A DNA stretch of 64,000 nt from positions 87,110,001 to 87,174,000 of the forward strand of contig NC_043004.1 in the NCBI RefSeq assembly GCF_006345805.1, given 5' to 3'. The DNA is from Octopus sinensis (taxonomy: Eukaryota). The position numbers and the translations under genes were made by a program. Under the pieces are notes generated by a model. It was not told the origin of the DNA. It saw only the letters and a list, made by a program, of their open reading frames with translations, and made no database searches. Positions 36,738 to 50,461 of the stretch are shown one piece after another (positions within the stretch are counted from its first letter, which is position 1; the number at the start of each line of letters is the position of its first letter).

Positions 36738-36957
36738 CTCTTTAGCATTTAAATTGGCCATATCCAGCCCAAATATTCCACATGTTTTGTGTTTAAACTT
36801 GCTAGATCTGGCCTCTCACAACTACTCTACAATATCATTCTAAAAGTATACAATTGCATCATCGAAATCTCAAAGCTACGAGATAATGCATGATTAATAC
36901 AAAACAATGTGAATAAACAAGCATTACATTTGACAGAATAATCTGAATGCTAAAGGG
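36738..36957. mobile_element. piggyBac-like MITE
   Basis: TTAA|CTCTTTAGCATT ... AATGCTAAAGGG|TTAA: a TTAA TSD with C(C)CT/AGGG ends. Confidence 0.75.
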
Positions 36958-37056
36958 TTAAATACACTAGTGCCCCTATCTTTCTTGTTCTTTTTTTTGT
37001 GTTTTGGAAACTTCTGATATCTTCAATGTTTTTAAACTAACTTTATGATAACTTAC

Positions 37057-37119
37057 ATTTTTCTCGAGAATCTAGAAATATTTCTGCTTTGTGCGGAATT
37101 GCCAAAGTCCATTTACATT
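37057..37119 (-). CDS. Candidate 63-nt exon (xCKWTLAIPHKAEIFLDSREK)
   Basis: GTATTTTCAG| phase 1-1 open frame |GTAAGT. The spacing loosely resembles the CUB-domain C-x-W-x-I-x-x-P-x4-I-x-L pattern; unverified. Confidence 0.25.
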
Positions 37120-37419
37120 CTGAAAATACTTCCATTTCTCAACAAGCCATTACTTTTTGAAAAGCCTTCAGTCTTAGTCTGATACCATGCTGTTTCCTTC
37201 TGTTTCTTCTACCACTATTGTAATTGATGTTGCTTTTTATCAAACTCTCAACCCTTGTCTGTTGTTTCTCCAAATACTACATACTGCTCTTCATTCTAAG
37301 GAATGCTGTAATAGGAAAATTCCTTCCTTTCAATGTTTTCATAATACATTAATTAACCACCAACCCTTTAAATTCTATATTAACTGCATCAATCTCACTT
37401 ACTGCAACATTTTCCTGAC

Positions 37420-37800
37420 TTAAGAAAGCTTCCACAGATTATGGATAGACACTGTTTGTTTATCCGTAACAAGCTTGCTTCCCAACCACATTGTTTGGGC
37501 TTCAGTCCCACTTTGTGGCACCTTGGGCAAGTGTCTTCTACTATAGCATTGATCTAACTGAAGCCTTGTGAATGGATTTGGTAGACGGAAACTTAAAGAA
37601 GCCCATCATTGTGTGTGTGCACACATGTGTGTCTTTGTGTTTGTTTCCCCACCGCTTGACAATCAGTGCTGGTGTGCTAGAATAAGTACCAGGATTTTTA
37701 AAAAAGTAAGTACTGGGGTTGATACATTTAACTAAAAATTCTTCAAGGTGATGCCCTTGCATGGCTGAAGTTTAATGACTGAAACAAGTAAAACAGATAA
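37420..37800 (+). mobile_element. SINE family A
   Basis: GCTTGCTTCCCAACCACAT..TTCAGTCCCACT..GGCACCTTGGGCAAGTGTCTTC through GACTGAAACAAGTAAAA. Confidence 0.85.
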
Positions 37801-38074
37801 AAGATATATCGTTCTAACAAGTCGCATTTAATCTTTATTTTAGTAAATATCTGTAGATAAATTTGGTTGTGTTTTATATAGTACTAAATATAAATTTTTC
37901 TCCTTATATCATTCTATCCTTATTATAATCCTTTAAAATTCAAAACAAGCTATTTTAAATAATTGTCTGAATATATTTGAGACTTCAAAATCTCCATCTA
38001 ACTTTGGATTATATACTTTTAAAAAATTAGATGTTTGTATAACCCTGGTACTACATCATTTTCTATTCTCATTG

Positions 38075-39100
38075 TCACTACCACATCATCATTGATTTAA
38101 CATCTGGATGTCATGGCTATGATGGGGTTTGCTATAAAGTACATCACCACTTAGTTTTATCTTTCATTATTTCATCTGTGAAGCCAAGTGTCTTAAGATT
38201 TGACCTCATTGCTTCTTCATTACATTTTTGTTAGTCTTCCTCTTACATGGATACCTTCCATTAACAGCATGGATAGTTTCACTCAACATTCAACTCTTGT
38301 TTGCATCATATGTTCATATTAGTACAGTTGTTGCTTATTTGCTAATTCTTTTCATGACTTAGCTACTATCTCAGCTCAATTCTACTCTACTTTTCATGCA
38401 GGTTAACATTACACATCAATCAGATTATGCTTGCTTCATTTCTCCTCAGCCTCTGTAGATCTTTGATATTTAGTACCTATATGTCACTAAAATGCAAGCA
38501 TCACACTTCTTTCACATGCTTCATAAGATCTTCCTTTTTCATGAAGAAAGAAACTCTTTGTTACTATATGAGGTAACAGCTTTCTGAATATCTACCAACT
38601 TCTTACTCTGAATTATGCTTTCTCTATAGCCATCTAATTTTATCACAGATTTCTCTACAGATATCTTTCAAACCTAATTATATTAGATAAAATAATCTAT
38701 TAGCTATATCTAGTAAGCCACTTGAACAGTTCATGGATTTCATTTTATGTGTGTTTCTACTGCTAACTATTCATTTGCATCTGTTACATATGAAGTCCAG
38801 GTTTTCTATTAGTTTACTTGAGATCCAGCCACAAATTTTTTGTATCTGTTCTTTGCACTAAATACACAACATTGAGTTACTACCTACACCCTTCTTATAT
38901 ATCAAACAAAGTCAATTAAGGCACTGAGATTGTGTGCTAGCTTTTATTAATTAACTGTTTGGTTTTGTAACATAAATTTTTAGGCCTCAGGCATGGAATA
39001 TTTTTTACAACAGACTGTGCTTTGAGAATTCAATCACCATTGTATAAAAGTTTCCAAAGAACATTTCTTGACCTGTATGCTATAACCTTAAGTACTATCA
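38075..39100 (-). mobile_element. Decayed RTE-clade LINE 3' part
   Basis: Minus-strand EGIHVRGRLTKM resembles EG.R.RGRP..W, and the element ends in a (GAT)n-type tail. Confidence 0.55.
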
Positions 39101-40489
39101 TAAATAGTACCCAAGATTATAACATACATGTATTTAGTACCTTTACTATAATAGTCTCTGCCACTTGAAGCTGGTTAAGCTTATGCCACCTCATCTCTCA
39201 TCACCTTTGTTTTAACCAACCCCACCCAGGAATCCTATGCCCAATCCTTTCATCTCAGAATGTTGGTCCTCTGGAACTCCCTTCCTACTTACATCTTTTC
39301 CTGTAGGTGTTTATTTGCAGTGGAGACATTAACTCTTAACAGCATCAGTCACATAAATCTAGGAGGACCTGTGAAGGCCATGGGCACTAGCCCTTGCTCC
39401 AGACAAATGAAGGGGAAAAACAGCTAATATCTTTGTAGGTATAAATTAGTCAGTAATTACTTAAATACATGAGGTTGCTTCTGTTATAAAGATTATACAA
39501 GTATAGATGTCTTTTGTCTGTATTCTATTCTAAGACAATTGTTAGATATCATCATCAGCAACATTATTTTTCATGCTGGCATGGGTTAGATGGTTTGACA
39601 GGATCCAGCAAGTCATAGGATTGCATCAGTTTTCGGTTTTGGTACAGTTGTCTGATGCTGAAAGCCTCCTGAGACCCCAGAGACATTGCTGATGATGCAT
39701 TCCAGAACATTCATGAGATGTATCTTAGAACTGAATAGGTTACATTGATAACTTCCAAGAATAATTACCTCATATATAATAAAAGAAATGGAAGGCATTT
39801 AGAAATTTGACAATGATTATGTATTTGACTGAATATTAGAAGTAAAATCTATTTGATTTGCATTTATGATAATAGTTACAGAATTATTGTGAATTAGAGA
39901 AAGACTAGATGTGCCTATATATTTTTCTGTTTCACATTTTATGCATTTTTTAATACCATTTTATTGAAATGTAAAAAGTGTATTTATATCTATTTTGATA
40001 TTGTATAGTTGTTTGTTCTGTGTGCTCAATTTATTTCATAAAATGTCTGAACACCACCCTGGTAATTAATGCTCTAATTTATGACTACTTTTTTTAATGG
40101 TAATTATGTAATTAGTATGAAATTATTTTGATTTTCCCCCTATACAAGTTACACTTGAGATACAAACCAACACAGTCCTAAAAGGTAGACCACAATAGTT
40201 GTGTTTGTATTTAGGTCAGCATATAATGTGAAAGATCATGTTTTGTTTCACTGTAACCATAGTCACCAAGATATATCTCTATCTACACTCAATTGTGTAC
40301 ACTCCCTTATCTTACAATCAGTATTACATAGAATTTCCACTAGTTCTTTCTGCTTTTAATGAGACACCCTACTTTTATGGCTATTGGTCAATGGTTATTA
40401 TAACTAACAATATTTGAGACTGTGTTTACATCATAAGAATTTAGAAACTTCAAGAAACATGAAATAAAGTGTTTTTAATGGTGGAACTT

Positions 40490-42130
40490 AAAGGAGGGAT
40501 CAGTGTTGCAAGACATGAGACTGCAACATTGTCACCCTATAGAAGAACAAAGGAGAGAAAATTGACTGCAATAACTACCAAGGCATCTTGATGTTAAGCA
40601 TCATTGGGTAAGTCTTTGCCCATGTGGCCCTAAATAGGCTACAGAAGATCACTGAGAGGGTATACCCCAAATCTCAGTGTAGTTTCAGAGCAAAACACTC
40701 TACCATCAACATGATCTTTTCTCTCCGACTGCTACAGGAAAAGTGCTGAGAGCAAACACCCCCACTCTTTATCACCGTTATCAACCTCACAAAGGCTTTT
40801 GACCTAGTCAGTAGAGACAGAGTGTTCAAAATCCTTGCCAAGATTGGCTGTCCTCCAAGACTTTCTCAGGATTGTTCAATCATTTCAATGAACATGAAAG
40901 GTGTAATTCAATTTGATGGCTCCTCATTGGAGTCATTTAACATACATAGCAGCATGAAACAGGGCTGTGTGCTTGCCCCCACTCTATTTGGCATCTTCTT
41001 TGCAGTCATGCTGAACATCAACTTTGGGACATCAACTGACTGTGTTTACCTCCACACCAGGTCAAGTGGCAATCTGTTTTGTCTGTCGAGGCTGAAAGCA
41101 AAATCCAAGGTGTGCTAGATATTCATCAGAGAAATGCTGTTTGCAGACGATGCAGCTCTGACAGTGCACTCTGAAGAGCAAATGCAGCACCTTGTGGACA
41201 AACTTTCAAAGGCCTGTCAGGAATTCAGTCTGACTATCAGTCTGAAGAAGACCCATGTAATGGGTCAAAGTGTGAAGCATGGCCTCACCATCACCATCAA
41301 CAACTACAAGCTGGAGGTAGTCCATCAATTCACCTATCTTGGTTCTATCATCACAGATGACCACTCCCTGGACCCTGAGATCAACAGGCAAATCAGACAA
41401 GCCTCCTCCACATTTGCCAGGCTCACAAAGAGAGTCTGGGAAAACAAAAAACTGGCTGCAAACACCAAAATTGCTGTCTATAAAGTGTGCATCCTTAGCA
41501 TGCTACTTTATGGCAGCAAGACCTGGAGCCTCTACTCTAGATAGGAGTGGCGTCTCAACATCTTTCACCTTTGTAATTTGAGACACATCTCGGACATCAA
41601 GTGGACCGACCACATCACCAACACCAAAGTCCTCAACTGAGCCAAGATACCCAGCATACACATCTTGCTCCAGCAGCGTCATTTGTGCTGGCTCAGTTCT
41701 GTTCATCACATGCCAACCAGAAAGATCCTAAAAGACCGCCTGTTTGGGGAATTGGCCACCAGCACAAGAGCACAAGGATGACCTAATCTTCATTTCAAAG
41801 ATGTCTGTAACAGAAATATGAAGTTGCTTGATCTGGAATTCCTGAGATGGGAGGAGTTTGCAAATGATAGTCCTCATTGGAGACAAATACTACAAAAGGG
41901 AATGAAGCAAGCAGAAGAAAAACAAGAACTCTCAAAGAAAAGCATACTCTATGTAAGGAAAGATCAGTAGTACTGGCAGAGAGCTCCTTCAAATACAGGC
42001 ACTGTATGCATGACTGCCACTCTTGTGTGGGCCTGTACAGCCACAACAGATGCTGCACCACCATCTGCAGCTGACATGATTTCTTTGGGCACAGATCCAT
42101 GGCCTTCCAAGACTGACAGATACCTAACAA
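40490..42130 (+). mobile_element. RTE-clade (BovB-like) LINE: RT domain + C-terminus, 5'-truncated, pseudogenised
   Basis: LTKAFDLVSR, KQGCVLAPTLFGIFF, LFADDAAL, FTYLGS, LLYGSKTWSLY and the terminal CHSCVGLYSHNRCC. Several stops and frameshifts. Confidence 0.95.
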
Positions 42131-43534
42131 ATCTACCAGATGGCTAGAGAACAAGTAAAGAGTTAAATTTAAAAAAGATGATGTTGATATTGTGAGCCCA
42201 AAGCATAGAGGTTTTAGTAGGAAATATTTATCAGTTTGCTCTTGTACTGCAATAACCTTTACTTTTACCATCTAATTCTTGCTGGTTTACATCATATTCA
42301 TTATGAAGTTGCTCTAGATGTTGTACAACTTTACACAACTCTTATTATATTGATCTACATAATAGAATTAGCCAACAGACTTAATCTATTTGATATGGTC
42401 CAGTATTTGACCTCCTCTCTCAGCAAGATGTTGACACTTATTTTATTAATCCTAGAAGTGCATCTTCTGAAATCAAGTTCAATAGGAGTCACACTCAAAA
42501 TTATCATTCATGAAGTTAAACATGTTGCTTAAACTATCACTAAACTACTGACTTTTAAATTCAGATGTTATATAGTATATAATGACATAGTGTTTGCCTC
42601 TGTCTGCACATTGTAATGTTGATTAAAAATCTATTGACTTATTATGTATTATTGTCGAGCATTGAAACAAAATACTTTTAATGCACCAGTAATTTACTAA
42701 TCAAACTAGCTGCCAAAAATGTGTTTAATAAGTAAATTGATCTATCCACTTTACTTAAATCCAAAATAATTGTGTCTCCATGGACAGTTAAAGAGGAGAC
42801 TCAGTCACTGATGAAATCTCAACACAGCATTAAAACTAATCTAGCTGGTCACTCTTTTCCTTTCCATAAAGATATTATATATTAAAACAAGGTGTTTACC
42901 TCTGTCTATACAGGTAAAATAAATTTTAGAGATGCTTAGTCCCATGCAGAAACTGCAGGAGCTACTCAAACGGTTCCACTTGCAGATTCTTACTAACCAC
43001 TTTTTGGTTTAAAATCTGGACATATATTCTGTTGTACAGTTATAGCATTTAAATTTAGTGTTGCAAATTTGATTGAATCTTACTTTTTAGATAACTTTTA
43101 CATTGTAATCCTGCCTTTGTGTTAGAATCAGGACAAGGAAAATAAAATTAAATTCCAGTATTTAAATCATAGATGTTTACTTGAAACTTGTTTGGCAGCT
43201 AAATCTATTCCAAAGCTTGCAATAGTTCTACACATGACATCTCTTCTTCTGACTCACTGATACAAAGGAAGAACATTATTAGTAGCTAATGGATGGTGTG
43301 TGTGTGTGTGTGTGTGAAGTACTGAAGAATTTTTGTTGTCATAAAGGAATATACTTATTCACATTTTCTTGTATTTTTTACTAAGTGGTAGAAGAATGAA
43401 CTTCAAAGGACTTGTTATTTCAGTTGGAGACATTGAAGGCCTACTTGTATAAAACTAGTTCTCTATCTTCCTGGAATTACAAAAACCATCAAAAACTTAT
43501 AGATTTAATCAAACAACATTCATTTTATTATTCT

Positions 43535-43550
43535 GTGTGTGTGTGTGTGT

Positions 43551-43643
<93 letters not shown>

Positions 43644-43650
43644 AAGAGTG
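43535..43650. repeat. (TG)n/(GA)n microsatellite
   Basis: Direct reading of the sequence. Confidence 0.95.
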
Positions 43651-44351
43651 TGTGTATTCAAGCATGCACATGTTTATTTTATACAGTTATTTACTAGTTC
43701 TTCAAATAGGTTTTCTTGGTTGTGCCAACAGCATCTGTCATTTATTGGTTTATTTCAATATTTGTTGATGGAACTGTTTCCAAATACCAACTTGTAAATG
43801 TCACCATAATTCAAGTATCATCCTTTGCACACAACCTCTGTTTTTGCTCTTTGTTTAGAGATCTCCCTCCTCTTTCTCTGTTCCTTACAAAACACTGACT
43901 GCATCATTCTTTGCTGATGACTCCATCTTCAATTTTACTCCATTCAAATGGGAAAATTTTAATTCCTTTTAATCATTCCTTAAAATAAACCAAATCTCTT
44001 TCTAAAATCTCGATTCAGAAGGTTAACTCAGTCCTTTCTAGAAAGGAACTGAATTGAATTTTCCATTTTTTTTTTTTATTCTTGAAAGAATTGAAATCTA
44101 TTTCTATGACAATGCCATGATAAGTATATTATAAATATACTCATATACTGAAAATACTAGTTTATTAAGGTAGAAGGTCTGTCACTTGCAATGCTTTTTT
44201 CGTATTCAGGTAAAAACAATATCTGTTTTTATTGTACACTGCCTAATGTTAAAGGAAAGCCTGGAAAGTAATTAACAGGAGTTACTGAACAGAATGAGGT
44301 ACAAGTCAATCCAAACAAATACTTTAGTAATATTACACTGTTATAAAAAGC

Positions 44352-44563
44352 AGTGTGCTGGCAGAATCATTAGCATGCCGGGCAAAATGTTTAGCAGCAT
44401 TTCATTTATCTTTGTGTTCTGAGTTCAGATTCTGCTGAGATCAACTCTACCTTTCATCTTTTCAGGGTTCATAAAATAAGTACCAGTTCAGCACTGAGGT
44501 CGATGTAATTGACCTAGCCTCACCCATGAAATTGCTGGCCTTGTGCCAAAATTTGAAACCAAT
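44352..44563 (+). mobile_element. SINE family D
   Basis: GCTGGCAGAATCATTAGCATGCCGGGCAAAATG...GTGCCAAAATTTGAAACC. Confidence 0.85.
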
Positions 44564-44825
44564 ATTACACTACTAAAAGAATATATGTTCTACCAAAGTT
44601 TTTATTATAGTGAACAAGTTCTGAATAAATTACATATATAGGTGCAAGAATAGCTGTATGTTAAGAAGTTAGCTTCTCAGCTGTTCTTTTCAGTTCAATC
44701 CCACTGCATAACACCTTGGGTAAATATCTTCCATTATAGCCCTGGGTTGACCAAAGTTTTGTAAGTGAATTGTGAGATGGAAATGTGTGTGTGTCCTGTC
44801 TTAGTATCATATAAATATATATATA

Positions 44826-46065
44826 CAGGGTGCGTAAGATATTTGAGGATAGATATATGTTAATAAAAAAACAGATATATAATAACAGATAATAACTTTA
44901 TTTATCAAAAAATGCTTTGAAGATAAAAAATAAACTGTCTTTTCTATAATGTTATTCAGTAAAGCCACCTTCAGCTTCAACAACAGTTCCTGTGAGATCT
45001 AAATCATTTACATGCTCGAATCAAGTGGTCCTGGTTAATTTTGGACATTACTCTGACTATGGCAGCTTTCAAAGAATCTTTAGTGTTATGGGTATGTTCA
45101 TTGACCTCTCTCACAACAGTGCTCCACATGTAATAGTCAAATGGATTGAGATCTGGAGAATTAGGAGCCCAAATGTTAGGGGTTACGTGATCATGAAAAT
45201 TTTCAGTCATCCATTCCTGTGTAACTAGAGCCATGTGTGATAGTGCAGCCTTACTGAAACACATATGGCCTTCCATTGCATACACTGTCTATCCAGAGCT
45301 TAATTATTTCCAGGACCACAATGTAGGTGGCAGAGTTAATTCTAAGGCCTTGTGGAAAGAAGTAAAGAGGCATCACATGTCCTTCGTTGCTGACAACCCC
45401 TAAAACCATGACAATTGCAGGAAATTTTGTATGCATAACACTTGGAACTTCAGAAGGGTCTGCACATAACTATCTGTCATTTCTTCTGTAAACATTTTGA
45501 TCATTGTTGAAGTTTTTCTCATTTGAGAAAAACCAAATCAAATCTTCTTCTGCTGGATTTTTCAGTTTGTTTAAGAGCCTTTTAGATCTGATGTAGTGAT
45601 TTTCTTTTGCTTTTTCTGGCAAATTAACCTTTCCTCATCATATAAGACTTATATCTGATGTCTTTGTGGACAACATTTCTGACTGTTCCTTCTGACACAT
45701 GGAAATCTTTTGCAACTGACCTCATGGACTTTCTGAGATTGTAATCAATGGTCTGTTGGACTTGTTGGATAAATTCAGGTGGTCTGATGATTTCAGAGTG
45801 TTTAGAATGCTTTTTATGTTTTGAAACTGGTGATATGTTTCCTTACAAACTTTGCAGGTGAAAGATCTGGCAACTTTTAAGAATTGAGATATTTCTAAAT
45901 CGCTATGCTCAGTCTTTATAACCTCAATAACACCATGCCTCTTCATTTCTTGGGTAAGCTGAGGGTCTGCTATTATTATTTTCTGAAACAAAGATTATAC
46001 AGAGTTAGTAAAAAATGCAGCAATGATCCAAAAATGGTATGTCCTGAAATACCTTACACACCCTG
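44826..46065 (-). mobile_element. Tc1/mariner superfamily, maT (DD37D)-like transposon, pseudogenised
   Basis: TIRs CAGGGTG(C/T)GTAAG.TATTT.AGGA, TA at 44824 and 46066. Peptides TKFPAIVMVLGVVSNEGHVMP, GRPYVFQ and WAPNSPDLNPFDY. Confidence 0.9.
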
Positions 46066-47330
46066 TATATATATGTATGTATATGAGTATCACTGTCATA
46101 CAATTAGTGTCCTTCGTTTCCTGTCTTCTATGAAAACATGTAGGTCATGTGAAAATATTACCTTGATTGGAAACAGATGAAGGTTGGCAACAGGAAGGGC
46201 ACCTAGCCAGAGAAAAACCTTCCCCAGTGAATCCCATCTGACCAAATGAAGCATTAGAAAGTAAACATTAAAATGATGGTGACGATGATAAGGATGATAA
46301 TATCTATTGGAAGCTAAACCACAAATCAAAATTACCTCTTAAAACACTCACATAGAGCACTTATAAATCTAAAATTGAAATCAAGAAGTTATATGTATTG
46401 GTCCCTCAGAAAATTTCATAATTACTTGTCTGGTATTTCTATTTCAGACCTTAACATTGCAAAAGTTTTCTCTAATAGATTTTAACTGCATATAGAATGT
46501 TTTAGATATTGTTTTGTAAACGTTCTTAGCTTCGACTCACAATCTTATCAAAAGAATAAACTTCAAACAGCAGAACCACTGATCTATTTTTACCTGTTAA
46601 TTGGAAACTATTACTCGAGAGTTGGATCAATAATGTATATTTTCAAACTGTCCCAACTCTGTTGCTTAGCTCTTGTAGTTTGTTGCTAAACACATTTCAA
46701 TATGAGAAGAAAGTGGGGAAAAAGGAAAGAGTCCAGTTGTTAAGTAACAACAGCAGATACAGTAGAAATGATTAGCATATCCAGATGCATTTGTATGTTA
46801 TTTCTATATTTAGAAACTGCATGAATACAAAATCTTTTGATTTGTGTAAGTGTGTTTTTTTATAAGTACAAATGCACACACATACACATGTATACACATG
46901 CACATTCTCTCAATCTCTTTTTCTCTTTCCTATATACGCAATGTATAATGATAAATGCAGCAAATTTTCATTTCTAACATTGAGAGAAAGCATTGATTTT
47001 GTTTTCTTTCTTCGAAAGATCTACTGTTTGTCTATTCCTCTCATATGTAAGTTAATGCTGTTATGGGTTTATTCATAATTTTGACTAATTTATATAATTC
47101 TTGTTACTTTACTATCCTTCCTGCAATAGAAAAGTAAAAGATTTGTCTTTTATTCCTTCAATGAACGATTTAGAAATCTAATAATTTACAGAACCATGAT
47201 TTTGAAGTTAAGAATTTTATTTTAATGTAGTGTGGTTTTATTCACTGATTTTTATGCATTACCTAGAAAGTTATGTTTTTCCATTGTATACTCTGGATTA
47301 TCTTTTAGATTTGTTAAATTATCTAACGTA

Positions 47331-47722
47331 GGTGCAGGAGTGGCTGTGTGGTAAGTAGCTTGCTTACCAACCACATGGTTCTGGGTTCATTCCCACTGCG
47401 TGCCACCTTAGGCAAGTGTCTTCTACGATAGCATTGGGCCGACCAAAGCCTTGTGAGTGGATTTGGTAGACGGAAACTAAAAGAAGCCCTCGTATATATG
47501 TATATGTACATGTGTGTATGTGTTTGTGTGTCTGTGTTTGTCCCCCCAACATCACTTGACAACTGATGGTGGTGTGTTTACATCCCCGTAACTTAGCAGT
47601 TCGGCAAAAGAGACCGATAGACTAAGTACTAGGCTTCCAAAGAATAAGTCCTGGGGTCAATTTGCTCGACTAAAGGCGGTGCTCCATCATGGCCACAGTC
47701 AAATGACTGAAACAAGTAAAAG
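47331..47722 (+). mobile_element. Full-length SINE family A (tRNA head, CORE-like segment, internal microsatellite)
   Basis: A-box TGGCTGTGTGG, B-box GGTTCATTCC, CCTTAGGCAAGTGTCTT, and a tail ending GACTGAAACAAGTAAAAG. Confidence 0.92.
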
Positions 47723-48710
47723 GAGTTTCTTAGACTAATATTGCTAATATCATAGTTAAATACTTTTCATTTCCCCTCTCTAATTAAAAAAATATAGAAG
47801 TTAGAATTAGTGATTTATATCATTTTTTAGCTGCATTAAATTACTTTTTAAGCTTAGTTCATGACTTGGTTTGGGTTCCCAGCGAAAGACCTCATTTAAG
47901 TTATATTAGAAATTATTTCATAATGTTTGTGGAAGTAAGGCTTGTTTGAAAAACATGATACTCAAATTATATAAAACAAGGAACTTTAAAAAAAGTCATT
48001 GAAATTTTTTTAAATACTGTGATTTTTAAAATCATTTTACATTATTTAATTTGATCACTAGTGACATATGACATAGTGATATAAACACCTTTGGTGTCTT
48101 CTACTACAGCCCCCAAGATGATCAAAGCCTTGTAAGTGGATTTGATAGATGGAAACTATAAAAAGTCCATTGTGTGTGTGTGTGTGTGTACCTTTGTCTT
48201 GACATCATATGATGGTTATAAACAAGTATCACCATTATACAAGTGATGTTATTTGTTTCCAGTAACCAAGAAAAGCATGTTTGACCATGGGGAAATATGA
48301 CCATACTTGGAGACATGAACGTTCTGAGTTCAAATTCCACCAAGGTTGACTTCGCTTTTCATCCTTTTGGGGGGCAATAAGTTAAGTGCAAGTGAAATTC
48401 TGGGGTTGATATAATCAATTTGTTAAAAATTCTTTTGTTATCATCATCATCTTTGTCAACATTATTATTGCTATTATCAGCATTGGTTTTAGATCCCTTG
48501 TTTCATTGTCATGAATGAATTAAAGAAGTTTTAGAAGAACAGCTTTCCACACAAATTAAAGCTGAATACCCTTTCAACACATTTTGATGTTAAGTAAGCA
48601 AAATAAATTCTATGCATCTTCTTTTTGCCTTAATTTCAAATTCAAACTTCTAATCCCACCAAATAGTATGAAGGAATAATTATCTCCCTTGTACTAACCA
48701 TCTTCTACAG

Positions 48711-48849
48711 AACTCCACATGTTGGTGTTTCTGGCTGAAGTCAAAAACTGTTGATGGTAATCTTATAGATGAATCATGAACATTATTTTCTGTGGCAGTA
48801 TATACACAGGAATAATGTCCGAAGACATCCCAAAAATGTTTAGTAGCAG
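48711..48849 (+). other. Candidate exon containing a possible start codon (MSEDIPKMFSS, ATG 48815; alternative ATG 48776)
   Basis: Perfect TACTAAC branch point at 48692, TCTTCTACAG acceptor and CAG|GTATGA donor. Stops in all frames lie before the ATGs. Confidence 0.4.
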
Positions 48850-50416
48850 GTATGAATGACACTGACAGCTCTAAATGACTGAAATATCCAGTATTTGCCA
48901 AAATAAATTAAAATAATGTCAATCATTGACTAACAATATTATATATTTTCTCATCAAATAACTATTTCTAATTAGATTTTTACTGCTCACTGTATTAAAT
49001 ATGGTAACACTAATCTGACTATTTTTTAATGCCGAGGAGATCTTGTATGACTTGACTATGTCCAGAGTTGTCTCCCATACTCATCAGTGTAATTAGAATA
49101 ATCTTAGTCTCATTGATTAATAGTGTCTTTTCATCTTCGTGTAATTAAATTTAACTTTTTTTTATCCTTTCTACAATTAAATATGTTAACACATCTTTGA
49201 AATACATTAAATTAAGTACCTATCAAGAAACAATTGTCTACAAAAGATTCAAACTTAAATATTGATTAGTTGTTTGATACCCTATTCACTTGGCCATTTT
49301 GCCTCTGAGCTTTCCTGTTCAATAGTTTCTTTTATTTCCTAATACTCATTATATAACCAAAAGCAAATAAAAAATTTAAATTATACTTTGGAACCTATTT
49401 TTTTAACATTAATACTTTTTACTTTTTGCTTTACAGTTTTAATAATTTGATTTTATTTTTACTTAGTTTCACTTTTTACTTAATATCATTTTCCAGCTGA
49501 TTTAATGTAGAATTTAAAATTGTTTTTATTTTATTTTTCAAACTTGTAGCTAAATATGGCAATCTTAATATGTGTGGATTTTCTAAAGTAGAATCAAGTG
49601 AAAAGGGAAAAAAATTATATATGTGTAAGCATTTACTGTTTGCAGCCATTTACAGATAGTAAATTCACTGCTTTAGGTATCAAAGTAAATTTCACATTTT
49701 TATTTTCTTCAGAAGGATTTTCTATACACTGTATATTGATAGTGTTAGCAACTCAGGCATATACACAGAATTTCTGAAAATAATGTTAAAGCCAGTCAGT
49801 AGAATCATCTAACTGAAATAGAATATAAAAAGTATATAATGAAAGGAAAAAAATTAAATGTTTAATCGCTTTCTAAATTTACACAGAACCCATTGAAAAT
49901 AATTTTCATCTATTAATTTAAAATTAACTTTACCCCTCCATTTATAAAATTTAATTTTTGCCTTTAAAATGATCCTATTGATGAATAAAAATGTGTGTTA
50001 AATATTGTTTTGTGTATTCAAATGGTGTGGAGGTTTTGAAATAGTGACTGGCGTAGCTACAAATCCTTAGTTGGGCTACTGCAGTATACACTCTGCTATG
50101 CAACACTGCTGGAAATATATTGATTGACTCTGCAGTGTCTATTTTTGGTGATGTGCCAGAAACTCATTCATTAAGTATGTTTTTCCTGGTTGTAGATGAC
50201 TTAACAACAGAGGGGTAGGAGGAGGAGGAGAAAGAGTATGGAAAGAATAATTTTATCATGTGTAGTTCTTGATGCAATATTTTTAGTTAATTCATTAGAA
50301 TCCAGCAGTAAGCTGTTTGGAGCAAAACAATTGTAGCTTTGATACAATTATAGTAATATTTTTAAATTTTCAATTAGACAAAAGGGATTTGAGATATCAT
50401 TAGAAAAATGAATTAC

Positions 50417-50461
50417 GTACATATGCTGGTACATATTAAGTGCTTTGATTAAGAAGCAGTC
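50417..50461 (-). CDS. Candidate 45-nt exon (DCFLIKALNMYQHMY)
   Basis: TTTTAAATGATTGCTTACAG| phase 0-0 |GTAATT. It would follow MCAYNI from 54179-54196. No homology recognised. Confidence 0.2.
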
